A stretch of DNA of 64,000 bases from Octopus vulgaris (lineage: Eukaryota), in assembly GCA_951406725.2 (NCBI GenBank), contig OX597816.1, forward strand, positions 173,600,001 to 173,664,000, read 5' to 3'. Shown piece after piece: positions 25,229 through 38,608 of the stretch (the first letter of the stretch is position 1; each line of letters opens with the position of its first letter). The notes beneath the pieces are model-generated. The model did not search any database, was not told where the DNA came from, and worked only from the letters and a program-made list of their open reading frames with translations. The position numbers and the translations under genes were made by a program.

Positions 25229-26761
25229 TTAAATGAATATAACTCTGTTGAGTGAAGCTAATTTTTGAAAGTTGGACAGGTGACAACGACTACAAATGAC
25301 AAAGTTATAACACTTAACAAATCCATTGAATGCAGTGCTCAGGAGTATTTCAATTTTAAGGAAGAGTTTTTTTTAACCTATGGTAGCTGATTAGTATGTA
25401 CTCTTAGTGTGAAAATTTTGTCTTTTTCTTTGTACCACAAAAACTGGCCAAAGTTAAGGTACAATATTAAGGAATACAGTGAAAAGAGTAAATTCATATC
25501 TGATTTTGTTTAGTCACAAATCACTTTTCAATTCTCAAGAATATGTGAATCTTGTAATGTGTACACTCAAGTGTGTATGGCAGGTTTCTCATACACACTT
25601 TACACATGTTAGAAATAGTAACCAAATCTCTGTTCATATCATTACCAACTGGCTTAAAAAGGGAAAAGATATATTGGATGATATAGTTCTTCACCATCAT
25701 TGTTAAACATTCATGTTCCATGCTGGTGTGGGTTGGATAGTTAAACAGAAACCTAGAAGCCAGAAAATTGCACAGAACCCCAATGTCTGTGTTGGCATGG
25801 TTTCATTGGCAGGATACTCTTCCTAATGCCAAAAAATTTACAGAATGTATTGGGTACTTCTTCACAGCACCAGCACAAGTGAAGCTTGCAGGACTAAGAT
25901 TCCTTTCAACTGAGTAGGGCTACAGTAGAAAGGGATACAGCATTGTGCTGGGAGAGGAGGGGTTAAAATGTTAGAGGAGGGGATAAACAGAACAGAAATT
26001 TTGGTGCAGATGAGTTACATGGCTACCCATATAACTATAAGAGAAGGGACAAGAACAAAAGAGGTTTATTACTTTGGAGGAGCTACATGGCTATTCTCTA
26101 CCCTTGAGAAAAGAAAAAATATGATTGCCATATCTAGAACACTTTCAGATAATAGGTCTATTGAATCTGGGTTGACAGAGGGCTAAACAACAACATGATT
26201 CTAAAGTGATATCAATGACCTCTACTTACCATATTCCTCCATTCCCCGTTCATGTTTTTCTGTTTTTGATCTTTTTTTTTCCCCTTTGGAATAATTACAC
26301 CCATTGGTTGGTGCATTTCCTCAGATTTACAGTTTGTATAGAACAACCTGTAGATTAAATGAACAGGAATTCTGATTTCCTTCTCGTAACATTTTGTTAG
26401 TCAGTTTTCTCACATGGAGTGCAGGCCAAAGTACTTGCTTGGCTTTCTCATGTGTGTGTAGTTATACAGGGAGGGAGAAAGGAAGGGGTGAACTATACAA
26501 ACTCCTATTAATTATTTCAAAGCTTCAATTTGCCTTCTATTTTATTTTCTGCAAAGATATGGTTTAATTGATTAATTACAAATTATCAGTACATTACTGG
26601 TACCCATTTTATTGATGTTTTTGAGCAATCTAGAGGCGTGATTTGATCCCTGAACAGTGAACTACTGTAATGTATTTGTTTCTGAAAGCCTTCAGGAAAC
26701 AATGAAGATCATTTTGTGTTTACATATAAGAAAAGATATAAAGAGGTGAGACTTGTTTCAG

Positions 26762-26851
26762 AATGAAGAAGCCTTCAATCAAGGTCGCTAGCTCGACACT
26801 CCTTCTACCACCACACCTACAGACAGTGAATAAAAACTTTACAGATTCCAT
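26762..26851 (+). other. Candidate 90-bp exon (open frame MKKPSIKVASSTLLLPPHLQTVNKNFTDS)
   Basis: ttgtttcag| acceptor and |gtaagt donor, length a multiple of 3, one open frame, non-repetitive sequence. No protein homology recognised. Confidence 0.3.
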
Positions 26852-27599
26852 GTAAGTACATGACAACAACCAGATGAATATGGGGTGGATAAAGGCATTC
26901 ACCAATCAGCTGAGGTGGTGGGGTATATTTAGTGTGTGTGTATGAATATGAATATATATTCTTATTCATATTTATATAAGAATTTTATACTTGTTTAGCC
27001 CATGGATATGCAGCAGTGTTCAAAGCCCTTCCACATAAGTGTGTTTTGTTTTCTTTTTAATTCTTCAAATTCCTTCAGTAAAGAAGGACTTGCTTCAAAC
27101 TAAGAAACAAAACTCTGAAGACAACAGTAAATTGGTGAATTTTAGAAAAATATTACATATCTTCACGTTACTACATTTTTTTTTATATTGCAACACCGTA
27201 TTTGTTGAACGACAGCATCATTGGTTACAGGTTTCCAACTAACAAATCACTGTATTTCTGACAGTGACAAGGGATTCTCCATACCAGTTTTCTCAACAAT
27301 ATGTGTGTGTAGTAAAACCTACACACACACACACACACATCTTATTGCTATGTTCCATAGCCTAAACTTGTTCATCTTTTCAATGTTTAAACAAATGTGT
27401 AGAGGTGGGAAACTTGGAAAAGTAAGTGGTTTTAATTCTTATGCAGTGATAGTTTTTTGTTTTATGCTTTCTCTGTGATAGCTTAAAAATATATTTAACC
27501 TATCCATGCATCGTCACTCTATGTTTCCCTATGATGTCAAAAACTAAGCCCAAACCCCTAGGTATTTCTCTCTCTCTTATAGCTGTATGTACATACATA

Positions 27600-28800
27600 G
27601 ACTCCACTCTGTCGGTCTTTCAACTCTCTTGCCTGAATTGCAGCAACAATGACTTTCAGTTACTTTAGCTCAAAGTCTGTCTCCCTCAATGCCCCAAATA
27701 CATCTGACCTTTTAATCATTCTCCAAACTCCTCAAACAATCAGCAACTCTTTGACCATATCTCTTTTTGCATTGAGAACATATCTCACTTCTCCCCTCTC
27801 TGAAGTCATCATCCTCAGTGATTTCAATCTTAGCTACTCGTAGTTCTCTCACTCATCTCACATCAATGTTACTGGTGCAGAAGCCGAATCATTTGCTATT
27901 CTCTACTCTTTACACCAACTTGTTTCATCCCCTATTTTTATTCCTGACCAACACACACACCCTTGATCTCTTTCTCACCTTAAAACCTAACCTCTAATAA
28001 ACTGTAACTGTCTCCTCACCTGTGGAAGCACTCCGTCGGTTACGACGATGAGGGTTCCGGTTGATCTGAATCAACGGAACAGCCTGCTCATGAAATTAAC
28101 ATGTAAGTGGCTGAGCACTCCACAGACACGTGTACCCTTAACGTAGTTCTCGGGGATATTCAGCGTGACACAGAGAGTGACAAGGCCGGCCCTTTGAAAT
28201 ACAGGTACAACAGAAACAGGAAGTAAGAGTGAGAGAAAGTTGTGGTGAAAGAGTACAGCAGGGATCACCACCATCCCCTGCCGGAGAGCCTCGTGGAGCT
28301 TTAGGTGTTTTCGCTCAATAAACACTCACAACGCCCGGTCTGGGAATCGAAACCGTGATCCTATGACTGCGAGTCTGCTGCCCTAACCACTGGGCCATTG
28401 CGCCTCTCTCACCTATCAAGTCATTTAATCACTACTGATTCGCAATACTCAATATGCACTATCACAATGCTACAAATCTCTTTCATCTTAGATCCTTTGC
28501 ACTTTAAATCAGCTAACTGGTTACAGCTTTACCAGTTTTGGGTCAATTATCTTTGGCAAGTACATGTGCTTTACTCCTGACCCATCAGAAATAACTAGAC
28601 AGGTGACTGAAACCATACTTATAAGTATGTCCCATCATATCTCTCCCACACAACAAGTGATTTACTCATAGCTGTGTTGTATTTAAGTAAAAAAAACAAG
28701 ACCTTCAATGCCTGAAAAATTTCGTCCACTCCCCAAAAGTGGCTGGCATTCATCCAGCAGCTATTCTCCAGTTTGCAAAAAATGCCCTCATGCATTGCAC
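27600..28800 (+). pseudogene. Decayed APE endonuclease of a CR1/Jockey-group LINE, interrupted by SINE D
   Basis: EVIILSDFN..TGAEAESFA..LHQLVSSPIFIPD..LDLFLT..VTVSSP|SINE|..NH, matching the GDFN / LDL / SDH order of APE motifs. Confidence 0.65.
28022..28407 (-). mobile_element. tRNA-derived SINE family D
   Basis: Minus strand reads GAGGCGCAATGGCCCAGTGGTTAGGGC..GGTTTCGATTCCC (A and B boxes). Flanked by a ctcacct duplication (about 28015-28021 and 28408-28414). Confidence 0.8.
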
Positions 28801-28826
28801 AGCCCTTAAGCTTTCTTACTTCCTAA

Positions 28827-29366
28827 TCCTTTAGCATTTAAACTGATCATCATCATCATTTAACATCCGTTTTCCGCGCTAGCACGGGTTGGACGATTCG
28901 ACCAGGGTCTGGGAAGCCAGGGGCTGCACCAGGCTCCAGTCTGATCTGGCAGAGTTTCTACAGCTGGATGCCCTTCCTAACGCCAACCACTCCGCAAGTG
29001 TAGTGGGTGCTTTTTACGTGCCACCTGCACAGGTGCCAGGGGGGGTCCAGCATTGGCCACGATCGGTTGGAGCTTTTAGCGTGCCACCGGCACGGAAGCC
29101 AGCCAAGGCGGCGCTGGCAACTGCCACGTTCGGATGGTGCTTTTTATGTGCCACCGGCACAGAAACCATATATAGTCCAAATGTTCTACTAGTTTTATAT
29201 TAAAAGTGGCCAGATGTGGCCTCTCACACATACCCTACAATACCATTCTAAATATAAACAATCACCGCATCAAAATCTTGAAGCTACAAGATAATGCATA
29301 ATTAATTACAAACAATATGAATAAAATAAATATTACATTTGACAGGGAAATCTGAATGATAAAGGG
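28827..29366. mobile_element. piggyBac-like MITE P1 interrupted by an RTE tail
   Basis: ctaa|tcctttagcattt ... aatgataaaggg|ttaa, with an RTE 3' UTR inserted at 28846-29161. Confidence 0.65.
28846..29161 (-). mobile_element. RTE-LINE 3' UTR copy
   Basis: (CAT)n, then ttccgcgctagcacgggttggacg..cagctggatgcccttcctaacgccaacc. Confidence 0.8.
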
Positions 29367-29446
29367 TTAAACTGCAGGTGATCCTTCTGGGTCCTTCTTT
29401 TTCTCTTCTAAACTCCATAGGCAGCATCCTCAGGGAGAAAGCCTCC

Positions 29447-29565
29447 ATCATCATCATCATTGTTCGACCGTGGTCGAGACAATGGAATTTACCATGCTAC
29501 GCCAGACTTCACGGTCCATCATGGCATTACGGAGGTCCTGTTGCTGGATGCCTGTATCCCTGGAG
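29447..29565 (-). mobile_element. Short 3' end of a second RTE-like family
   Basis: Matches 55461-55580 (RDTGIQQQDLRNAMMDREVWRS). Confidence 0.75.
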
Positions 29566-31160
29566 ATTTCCACTTTTGCTTCTCACTTTGCATTTAGCTT
29601 CACATTATCATTCAACCACGGCAGTGGTTGAATATATTCTTAAGTCCACCATTTTGTCAATCGCAGCAGCTTCCAAGCTTCACTATTAATTCAGTTCTCA
29701 ACTAAATTGCAAACAGTTAATAGTTTTAAAGAGGACACCTCCTCAGCTACACTTTGGCATAAATAGTTTGAGATTTGGTTCGGTAGAAAAAAAGTTACAT
29801 CAAAATATCTGCGACCTCAAGGGGGAAGGGGGCAGTAAGGCAGATATTCATCTTCAATTAACATATATCTTTTAATTTTAAATTAAAAGTATACTTTTCT
29901 CAGGCTTAAATGATAGAAAAATGCATGAGGAATTCAGAATCGTTAGTCGCATTGAACAAAAATCAGTACAAAAACAGTTATGAGGTAAAATGTTACAAAA
30001 TTTAAATTCAGTAAGTAAGGGAGTAACGCTTAAGCAATAAGAATAAAGAATATATTTCTAAAATGAATGTTTACAGTCTAAGGCAGCGAGTTGGCAGAAA
30101 TGTTAGCATGCCGGGCAAAATGCTTAGCGGTATTTTGTCTGTCTTTATGTTTTGAGTTCAAATTTTGTCAAGGTCGACTTTGACGTACAGATTATTTAAT
30201 CAAGTTTTTTTTAACTAAACACTTTCAAACTTCCGATACTGGTAGAATGTGTCACAGAGAACAGGGTTTACTTTTAATGTTTTTGACAAAGTTTTGTATT
30301 TTGGAAGTTATTTCATCAGAAGTTACAGATTGACAATGGACAAATTCGTGTTTGGTAAGTGTCAATACACGAAACTCTCAGCTTTTGACTTACCCTCTAA
30401 TTTCTGCCAATGATATATATACATATTACATATATGTGTAAAAGAATCCCATCATGCAATTGAACCAATGAAAGAGCCTCTACCTGGTCGCTCAACACAC
30501 TATAAATAGCAGCCAGAGTATCTCCCCACCTAAATCACACACCCATTGTATGTAATGTCCTAGATTATCCCTAAAAAGATGGTTTGCAGAAGGCTGGAAT
30601 GTCTTTGATGATAGGTTTGCAGTATCAGGGTTGATTTGAGGCTAAATAACAACAACATTATCGTCAATTTCTATATTAACACCCACACAATTTTCACTAA
30701 GAAAAAAAAAATTGATTTTTTTTGCATAGAATCAAGTACCCTGACCTGCTGCAAATCCCTTATTTTGGTTCGGATAAAATGAGGTGGGAAGGGTCCCCCC
30801 ATTTCCCGGAATCATTGGAAATTTTTTTTTTCATTGAATGAATTCCTGTGACCTCCTAATATTGCAAAATTGTTACTTAAGGTGAGCCTGGTAACTGATG
30901 GTTTTGGGGTCTTGTTTGTAACTTTTGGCGAGCCATGGTGCAACCAACAACATGGTAAAAATCCCTGCCATTAATTTGGTGTGGATGGGTAATATCAAAT
31001 AATTCAATCACAACATATGTTTAAATTAAACATGAAAAAATAACATTAGTATTTTATAAACATGAAAAAATAACATTAGTATTTTATAAGTTAAAATCTT
31101 AAATTATTAACTGACACATTATTAATTATCTTAAAACAGCAATGTCTGGAAAAATCATGG

Positions 31161-31617
31161 ATTACATGGAAAAATGCGAGCAGGAAAAGTAATATTCTTT
31201 AGATTATAAACCTGGAAAAGTACAAGGCAAGTTATTACTTCAAGTAAAGAATAAGAAACTTTTTACTTAAAATATTGCAGCTAAAATTAAAATTTAATAT
31301 TAAAAATTATTTTATTATAGTTTACAAATAATACTATACTTATTTAAGTAGAATTTGGCTAATTTACTACCTTAAATACAGAAAAATGTGACTAATTAGG
31401 CAAACTTACAAATTAGCTGAACAGTTTTGTACAATAAATTTAAAAGATGAGAACTGTAAAGAATGATAAATTAAAAGAACTGGCATTCTTTGCTGCAATA
31501 TTTTAAGTAAAAAGTTTCTGATTGTTTACTTTACTTGAAGTAATAGTTTGTCCTGTACTTTTCCAGATTTATAATCTTAAGAATATTACTTTTCATGCTC
31601 CCATTTTTCCATGTAAT
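31161..31617. mobile_element. MITE with long (~120-bp) terminal inverted repeats
   Basis: 31161-31281 (attacatggaaaaatg..aatattgcagc) is the approximate reverse complement of 31492-31617. Confidence 0.7.
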
Positions 31618-34022
31618 ATACCTTTTCTTAATCCCCTTCAAATCTACTCTTTTCCACTCCAATATTCTCCCCTTGCCACAATAAAAAAGTTTTAAAAAAT
31701 AAAGGCAGTACTCCAGCAAGGCCTTACACACAATAGCTTAAAGAAACTAAATGACAAATTTTGTCTGTCAACTAAAGCACAGACACTTGCATCTACTTTC
31801 AAAAACCAAACCTTTCTAGGTTGTTGCTTAAAATACTTAATTTAGTAACATAGTTAAATTTATAAGTACAGATATAGATATACAACCTAGATTGAGATGT
31901 TTTAGGTCTTGAAACTGTTGTCTGTAAATGTTCTCCTACTCACTGATATTGAATTAGATATCCACATTTATTGAGCAGTTGATCTCTACAAACACTACAG
32001 CAATCATTCTATTCTTGTCCAAGACAACTATATCAGCTTGTGTTTCCATTTAACAGCAGTTTTAATGAGAAAGTTCCATCATAACCATTGTGCTGAATAG
32101 TATTTTTTAAAAATATTTGTCTAGTAATCCTATTTATGTGATGTATCGGATAACAGGGACGAGACAGTTAACTCCAGGATAAAGTCTTGAGAACAATGAG
32201 ATCAAAAGGCTGATCAGTTTTTAATACAAAATTCATGTTGGAGAATTTTGCTTTCAATCATATACACATGCTCACCCACACATATTTATAATATGTACAT
32301 ACACAATACGTATGTATACATACTTGATTGTTTTTACATTTGTTTTTTCATTCTAGCATGGGTAAAATAAAATAGAAAGTGGGACAGACAGAGAGATAGA
32401 GAATTTGTTATATACAAAGTAGAGTATACTCACAAGTAAACATGTGAAACATTAAAATATATGGATTTAGCTTATCAATAAGGGGCCATGAATTTCACCC
32501 AGATATAATTCAACTTAGAGACATCATAAGAAATGAATTGATATTGTTTCATAAACATGAGTTTTGTGATTGGAAGACATTCACAACAGGAAATTTGCCA
32601 TTTTATGGGAATATTCTCTGTAGTCATGTGATCATCATACAAGAAGCTGCCAAAGTTTTTTATTTCCCCTTTTTAAAAAGATTTTTTGTATAGCACATAG
32701 AGGGGTCTCAGCATCAAATTCCTATGATAATTAAACTCAAATTAAAATCTATCTTACATAAATCAATGATATCTAACAAACTACATATCTTTATAGTCTA
32801 ACATATGCTATCAATGTTACTGAAAATGAAGTGCTAAATGAAATATGATAGTATAAAAATATATTTGACAGTGTAATATATAGAATTTCTGATACAAAGC
32901 ATGCTGTATTCACAAATTAGCATTAAAATAAATATATACCTTTCGCCTTGCCCCCACCCTTTATTCATTTCTTTATTATCATCAGAGTTTTTGTGTTCCT
33001 ATAAATTACTAATGCATAATGAAATGAAGCATACACACACACACATAAACATGTGAATGTACCACCAAAGAGATAATTTTATGAGTTGCAAAGCTAAAGA
33101 AAACTATCAAAAGTTTTTTAGCTCCACTGAACACTATAGTGGCTTTCCACAGTTGGTTAGAAACCACCTGGTTTCAAATGGCAAACTAGTCATGAATTCA
33201 AGCTTTACTAAACTAATAATTGCCATGTGCTTTGTAGGCAAGTTATGTAACTCTGTTAACCTCAGTATGGCCTGGATGACAAACAGGTTCTCCACCTACT
33301 TCACAGTTGAACAGTTATAAAACTAAGGCATAAAAACATGGATGTGTGTGTTTTGTTATGTATCTGTTTCTAAGGCATTTAGTTCTCAAAGGCATTTAGT
33401 TCTCAGGTCACCTAGATGTTAGTAGGAATCACTGAGTCTTTTAAAACACTGATTTAAACATTTCTTGCAAATGTGGTAAGCAAAGCAAAATATTTTACAT
33501 CCCTTCAAATTTCACCCCTAAATAGTCTTACTAATTCTCTATCATCCAGGGTCATCAGATCAGTCGGTATACCAGAGTTTTTATTATGCTGACATCAGCA
33601 TTTTAATTTTCTCTTTTTGCCTGTATGCACCAAGCTGTCACTCTTCCTGCCAAGTTATGGTAACAGCTCTGTAAAATAATTTCTCCTTTAGTTTACTGTG
33701 CTTTGTTCAACTCCTATTTCCCATAGATATGATGTACTTTTGTGGAATGGAAAGTGAGTGTTGGACTAGCAACCTGTTTCCATAAAACATACACTCACAG
33801 CTGCTACAGACTTTAGTGATACAAAAATACTTAAACTGTGATAGATACTTCCAGGTATTTATTACATAAATGACTTCCTGTCTGCCTGCCTGTATGTATG
33901 TATGTATGTTATTTAGTTTTGTTTCTAGATTTCTTACAAATGGAGAAAGAACCAATTTCTAACCTAAATCCAAGACGTTTTCACAGTAATTTCAACAATA
34001 TCAACAGGCATTTGTGCATGTA

Positions 34023-34917
34023 TGAGAGGGTACCCAAAAAGAAACCGGAATTTTGCAATATTATTTTCTTCACTTAGTTTTACATGGTTACACTTTTATC
34101 ACCTTCAAAGTATTGTCCATTTGAAGCAATGCATCGGCCCAGGCACATTTTCCACTATTCAAAGCACTGCTGGAACTCTTCCGAGGTGATGCCTTTTAAC
34201 ACTTCCATCGTTTTTTCTTCCCCTCTTCCACATCTGAAAATTCTGTAGCAGCAGCTTTCATCGCCAATGATGACTTTTGAAAAAGGTCAGGATCAACTTC
34301 CAAGTCTTCTTTCAATTCACGATGGGCATTCAGTTGCGACTGCTTTTGATCTTCCATGAGCAAGAGAGACACAAATTTTGCTGCAACTCCTTTCATTTGT
34401 AATTCCTCACTCAAAATTCATTGGCAGGAGCTCCAGGAAACACCAGTCATATTAACAAGTTCCGCAATTGTTCAGTCGCAATCCTCCTTCATGAATTTTC
34501 ATAATGTTTTCATTCGTTTGAGAGGTCGACGGTTGTCCTTAACGAGGTTGGTCTTCAAGCAACAAGTGACCCTTCCTAAAGTGTGGAAACCACCGATAAA
34601 CTTGTTTTGCTCATGGCAGTGTCCTTGTAAGCTGTTTGAAGCATAACAACTGTTTTGGCTGCCATTTTCCCTGGCAGAAAACAGGATTTCATGGAAGTAA
34701 ACTGTTCCTTTATTTCAGCCATCACAAAAATCGACAAACAGGGGAGAAGCACTGCAAAACAAAGACATACTACATGGCAGTATGACTTCACATGATGACA
34801 CTGATCGGCAGATTGATGCCTGAGGGTCGCATCAAGTGGTTTCTAGCGACATAAGCCTGAACTACAACAGGCTTGTCTCACACAGAACGTTGCTGGTTAC
34901 TTTTGGGTTCCACCTCG
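34023..34917 (-). mobile_element. Internally deleted mariner transposon
   Basis: TA flanks and imperfect ~28-bp TIRs (tgagagggtacccaaaaagaaaccgg vs cgaggtggaacccaaaagtaaccag). Minus-strand HTH region MAEIKEQ..VYRWF..EDQPR..ILSEELQMKGVAAKFV..KVIIGDESCCY joins directly to the C-terminus CIASNGQYFEGD. Confidence 0.85.
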
Positions 34918-35024
34918 TATATGTGTATGTGTATAAGTATTTGGAGTCAATGCATGTGCAGATCTGCATGTTTTGTTTTATACAAGTATACTCATACATA
35001 TAGTTGCTTGTCTAGACATGTGCA

Positions 35025-35431
35025 TACTCTTTACTCTTTTTACTTGTTTCAGTCATTTGACTGCGGCCATGCTGGAGCACCGCCTTTAGTTGAGCAAATC
35101 GACCCCGGGATTTATTCTTTGTAAGCCCAGTACTTATTCTATCAGTCTCTTTTGCCGAACCGCTAAGTGACGGGGACGTAAACACACCAGCATCAGTTGT
35201 CAAGCAATGCTAGGGGGACAAACACAGACACACAAACACACACACATATATATATATATACATACGTACGACAGGCTTCTTTCAGTTTCCGTCTACCAAA
35301 TCCACTCACAAGGCATTGGTCGGCCCGGGGCTATAGCAGGAGACACTTGCCCAAGATGCCACGCAGTGGGACTGAACCCGCAACCATGTGGTTGGTTAGC
35401 AAGCTATTTACCACACAGCCACTCCTGCGCC
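35025..35431 (-). mobile_element. SINE family A copy
   Basis: Reverse complement of 2662-3090. Confidence 0.9.
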
Positions 35432-35649
35432 TATGTATTTATAAGCTAAACTTTCAGAAAATTTTACATATTTTGGCAGTTTCATTAATGGTGCACATCC
35501 GTAGTCTTATAATTAGCTTTCTCCTTTCTGGTATGTGTGCATACATATGTTCTCTTCTATTTTTAATTAATTGATATCCCCCTGTAAGGAAGGAGCTAGT
35601 TTCTAACAAAAATAAAGTTTCATCATTGGAATGTACATAACAAAACCAA

Positions 35650-35985
35650 ATTCATATTTTCCACTTGAGAAAGATCTTATTTATTTTTACTATTCCATTT
35701 ATAGATTTTCTTTGTAATAAGTGTGTTAGCTGGTTGATTTCTTTTTCTGAAAACCATAATTTTTCCAGATTATTACTCGTATATTTACTCACAAAACCAA
35801 GTGTACCAATTATTATTGGTATAAATGAGAATTTATAATCTGGGAATAAAAATTGATGGTTTTGAAGCATCTATCCATATTTATTCCCATTCTCTTGGAT
35901 TTTTAAAGAGCCATCCACATCAGCAGAGGTAATCGATTCCTATGACAGTACGTACTTTTCCTTGACTGTTTCAAACAATGATATA
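35650..35985 (-). pseudogene. C-terminal RLE fragment of an R4/Dong/NeSL-type LINE
   Basis: FPDYKFSFIPIIIGTLG..LQRKSINGIVKINKIFL (IPxxIGALG-type motif). Confidence 0.55.
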
Positions 35986-35988
35986 GAA

Positions 35989-36019
<31 letters not shown>

Positions 36020-36605
36020 CGAATACATAGACAGAAAAATATTTGTGACAGTTTATTAGTACATTGCAAGACCAACCAGGAAATAATGGACCTATTTCTT
36101 GATAGAACATCTATCTAGGTGAAGGGTGCTCTGATATAAAACCTGAGGATAATTCAGCTTCTGACTGACTTGGCTAATGCTTGATCACCAAGAAAAAAAA
36201 GCTGTTCTATCAGAAAAGTGGCTGCAGTTCTGTGCACACTTCACTCCTTATAATCAATGTCATACACAGGAATTTCTTGAGAAATATACTATGGGAAAAA
36301 AAGTTCTACGGTGATGGAGAGTCATGAAAACATAAGCTTGACTAGCTGGAAGTATGTAACTGCTAACCCTGCAAGCTTACATGTGGGTAGCTCAGGTGAT
36401 TCAGCAGTGCCATTACAAAGATAGCACTGCTCAGCTGTTAATCAGGATGGATCTACAAAGAATGGGCTGAAGAAAGCTTGCCTAATTGAGGAACTCATCA
36501 GCAACCCAATAACTAGCAGTTGCCTGGTCTTCGTGGTCTCCCATAATAACATTCAGAAAATGTACAACTTTTCAAGTGGTCATACTTGAACAAGTTATAT
36601 GTATG

Positions 36606-36636
<31 letters not shown>

Positions 36637-36821
36637 GCACACACACAGGTATCAAATTTTTTTTAAATATACAACATCCAAATTAAAAAAGATATAGTAG
36701 AAACAGTTATTAATTTAATATGTATTGTGAATTATATACATCTGGGAGGATTATTCAATAGTTTTATTAATATTCTTACAATGTGATGCACATACTAGTC
36801 TTTAAGGTAGTGAGTAGATCA

Positions 36822-36853
<32 letters not shown>

Positions 36854-36855
<2 letters not shown>

Positions 36856-37229
36856 CATCATCATCATCATCATTTAGCATCCGTTTTCCATGCTAGCATG
36901 AGTTGGATGGTTCAACTGGGGTCTGTGAAGCCAGAAGGCTGCATCAGGCCCAGTCTGATCTGGCAATGTTTCTACAGCTGGATGCCCTTCCTAACGCCAA
37001 CCACTCCGCGAGTGTAGTGGGTGCTTTTTACGTGCCACCCGCGCAGGTGCCAGACGGGGCTGGCAAACGGCCATGGACAGATGGTGCTTTTTACGTGCCA
37101 CCGGCACGGGGGCCAGGCGAGGCTGGCAACAGACACAAACGGATGGTGCTTTTACGTGCCCCCGGCATGGAGGCCAGATGGGGCGGCGCTGGCAACGGCC
37201 ACGAACGGATGGTGCTTTTTACGTGCCAC

Positions 37230-37230
<1 letters not shown>
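36854..37230 (-). mobile_element. RTE-LINE 3' UTR copy with 4 internal ~60-bp units
   Basis: (CAT)n tail and repeated ggtgctttttacgtgccacc units. Confidence 0.8.
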
Positions 37231-37261
<31 letters not shown>

Positions 37262-37284
37262 TTATTCTTTATCATCATCATCAC

Positions 37285-37610
37285 GTGAAGGCGCGTGGCT
37301 CAGTGGTTAGAGCGTCGAGCTTACGATCGTGTGGTTGTGAGCTCGAATCCCGGACCGGGCTGCGTGTTGTGTTCTTGAGCAAGGCACTTTATTTCACGTT
37401 GCTCCAGTTCACTCAACTGTAGAAATGAGTTGCAACGTCACAGGTGCCAAGCTGTATCGGCCCTTGCCTTTCCCTTGGACAACATCGGTGACGTGGAGAG
37501 GGGAGGTCGGTATGCATGGGCGACTGCTGGTCTTCCATAAAAACAACCTTGCCCAGACTTGTGCCTCAGAGGGTAACTCTCTAGGTGCAAACCCATGGTC
37601 ATCATTATTA
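37285..37610 (+). mobile_element. tRNA-derived CORE-type SINE family C
   Basis: GGCGCGTGGCTCAGTGGTTAGAGCG..GAGCTCGAATCCC, then gtgttcttgagcaaggcacttta. An inverted older copy lies at 61180-61440. Confidence 0.8.
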
Positions 37611-37807
37611 TCTTCTTATGCAATGTGTGTGTTAGTGTGTATTTAATGTTTACACATTGTTTATAAAATATTGCCTGAATGTGATGGGACAACACGATGC
37701 AATGCTATTATCATAAGGTAGAGCTATCACAGTAATACAAGTAGTTCAAACATTGGAATAAATTTTTCGTCATAAGAATGAAGAGAAGTCTAAATCCCAA
37801 ACCCTCT

Positions 37808-38206
37808 CTCTTTTACTCTCTTTTACTGCGGCCATGCTGGAGCACCGCCTTTAGTCGAGCAAATCGACCCGGGGACTTATTCTTTGTAAGCCCAGTACTT
37901 ATTCTATCAGTCTCTTTTGCCGAACCGCTAAGTGACGGGGATGTAAACACACCAGCATCGGTTGTCAAGCAATGCTAGGGGGACAAACACAGACACACAA
38001 ACATACACACACACATACATATATACATATGTATACATATATACGACAGGCTTCTTTCAGTTTCCGTCTACCAAATCCACTCACAAGGCATTGGTCGGCC
38101 CGGGGCTATAGCAGAAGACACTTGCCCAAGATGCCACGCAGTGGGGCTGAACCCGGAACCATGTGGTTGGTAAGCAAGCTACTTACCACACAGCCACTCC
38201 TGTGCC
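37808..38206 (-). mobile_element. SINE family A copy
   Basis: Reverse complement of family A. Confidence 0.9.
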
Positions 38207-38608
38207 TTAAAACTTTTGTTCATCCTCATAGCATAAATTTTTTTCCACCATTTCAGACTGTTAGTATGAGTTTTTACCAAAGCAGAACATCGCTATTTTC
38301 TTTGGATTCTATGTTTATAGCAAACTGCAGGAATAGTATAATGCTGGAAATAGTACTATATCAGCAGTAGTGATGATGATGCAACATTACTACAGTAGTA
38401 CCGTGAGTGCTACAAGAATGATACTATGGCAACTAGACTTGAGAAAATGATTGGTAGAGACATCACTGCACCGTCATGTCAGGACTGCTTCAAATTGCAA
38501 CATCAGCAACGTTACCATTGTAACTATTGGTATATTTTGCACTTGTAGGCCTCCTCTGCTCTACATATGCAATATAACACCATCACCATCATAAACAGCA
38601 TCACTACC

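Noticed and set aside
37285-37360. tRNA gene-like sequences here and at 28330-28407 and in SINE A/B heads
   Set aside because: They have A/B boxes but no complete cloverleaf, and continue into SINE bodies.
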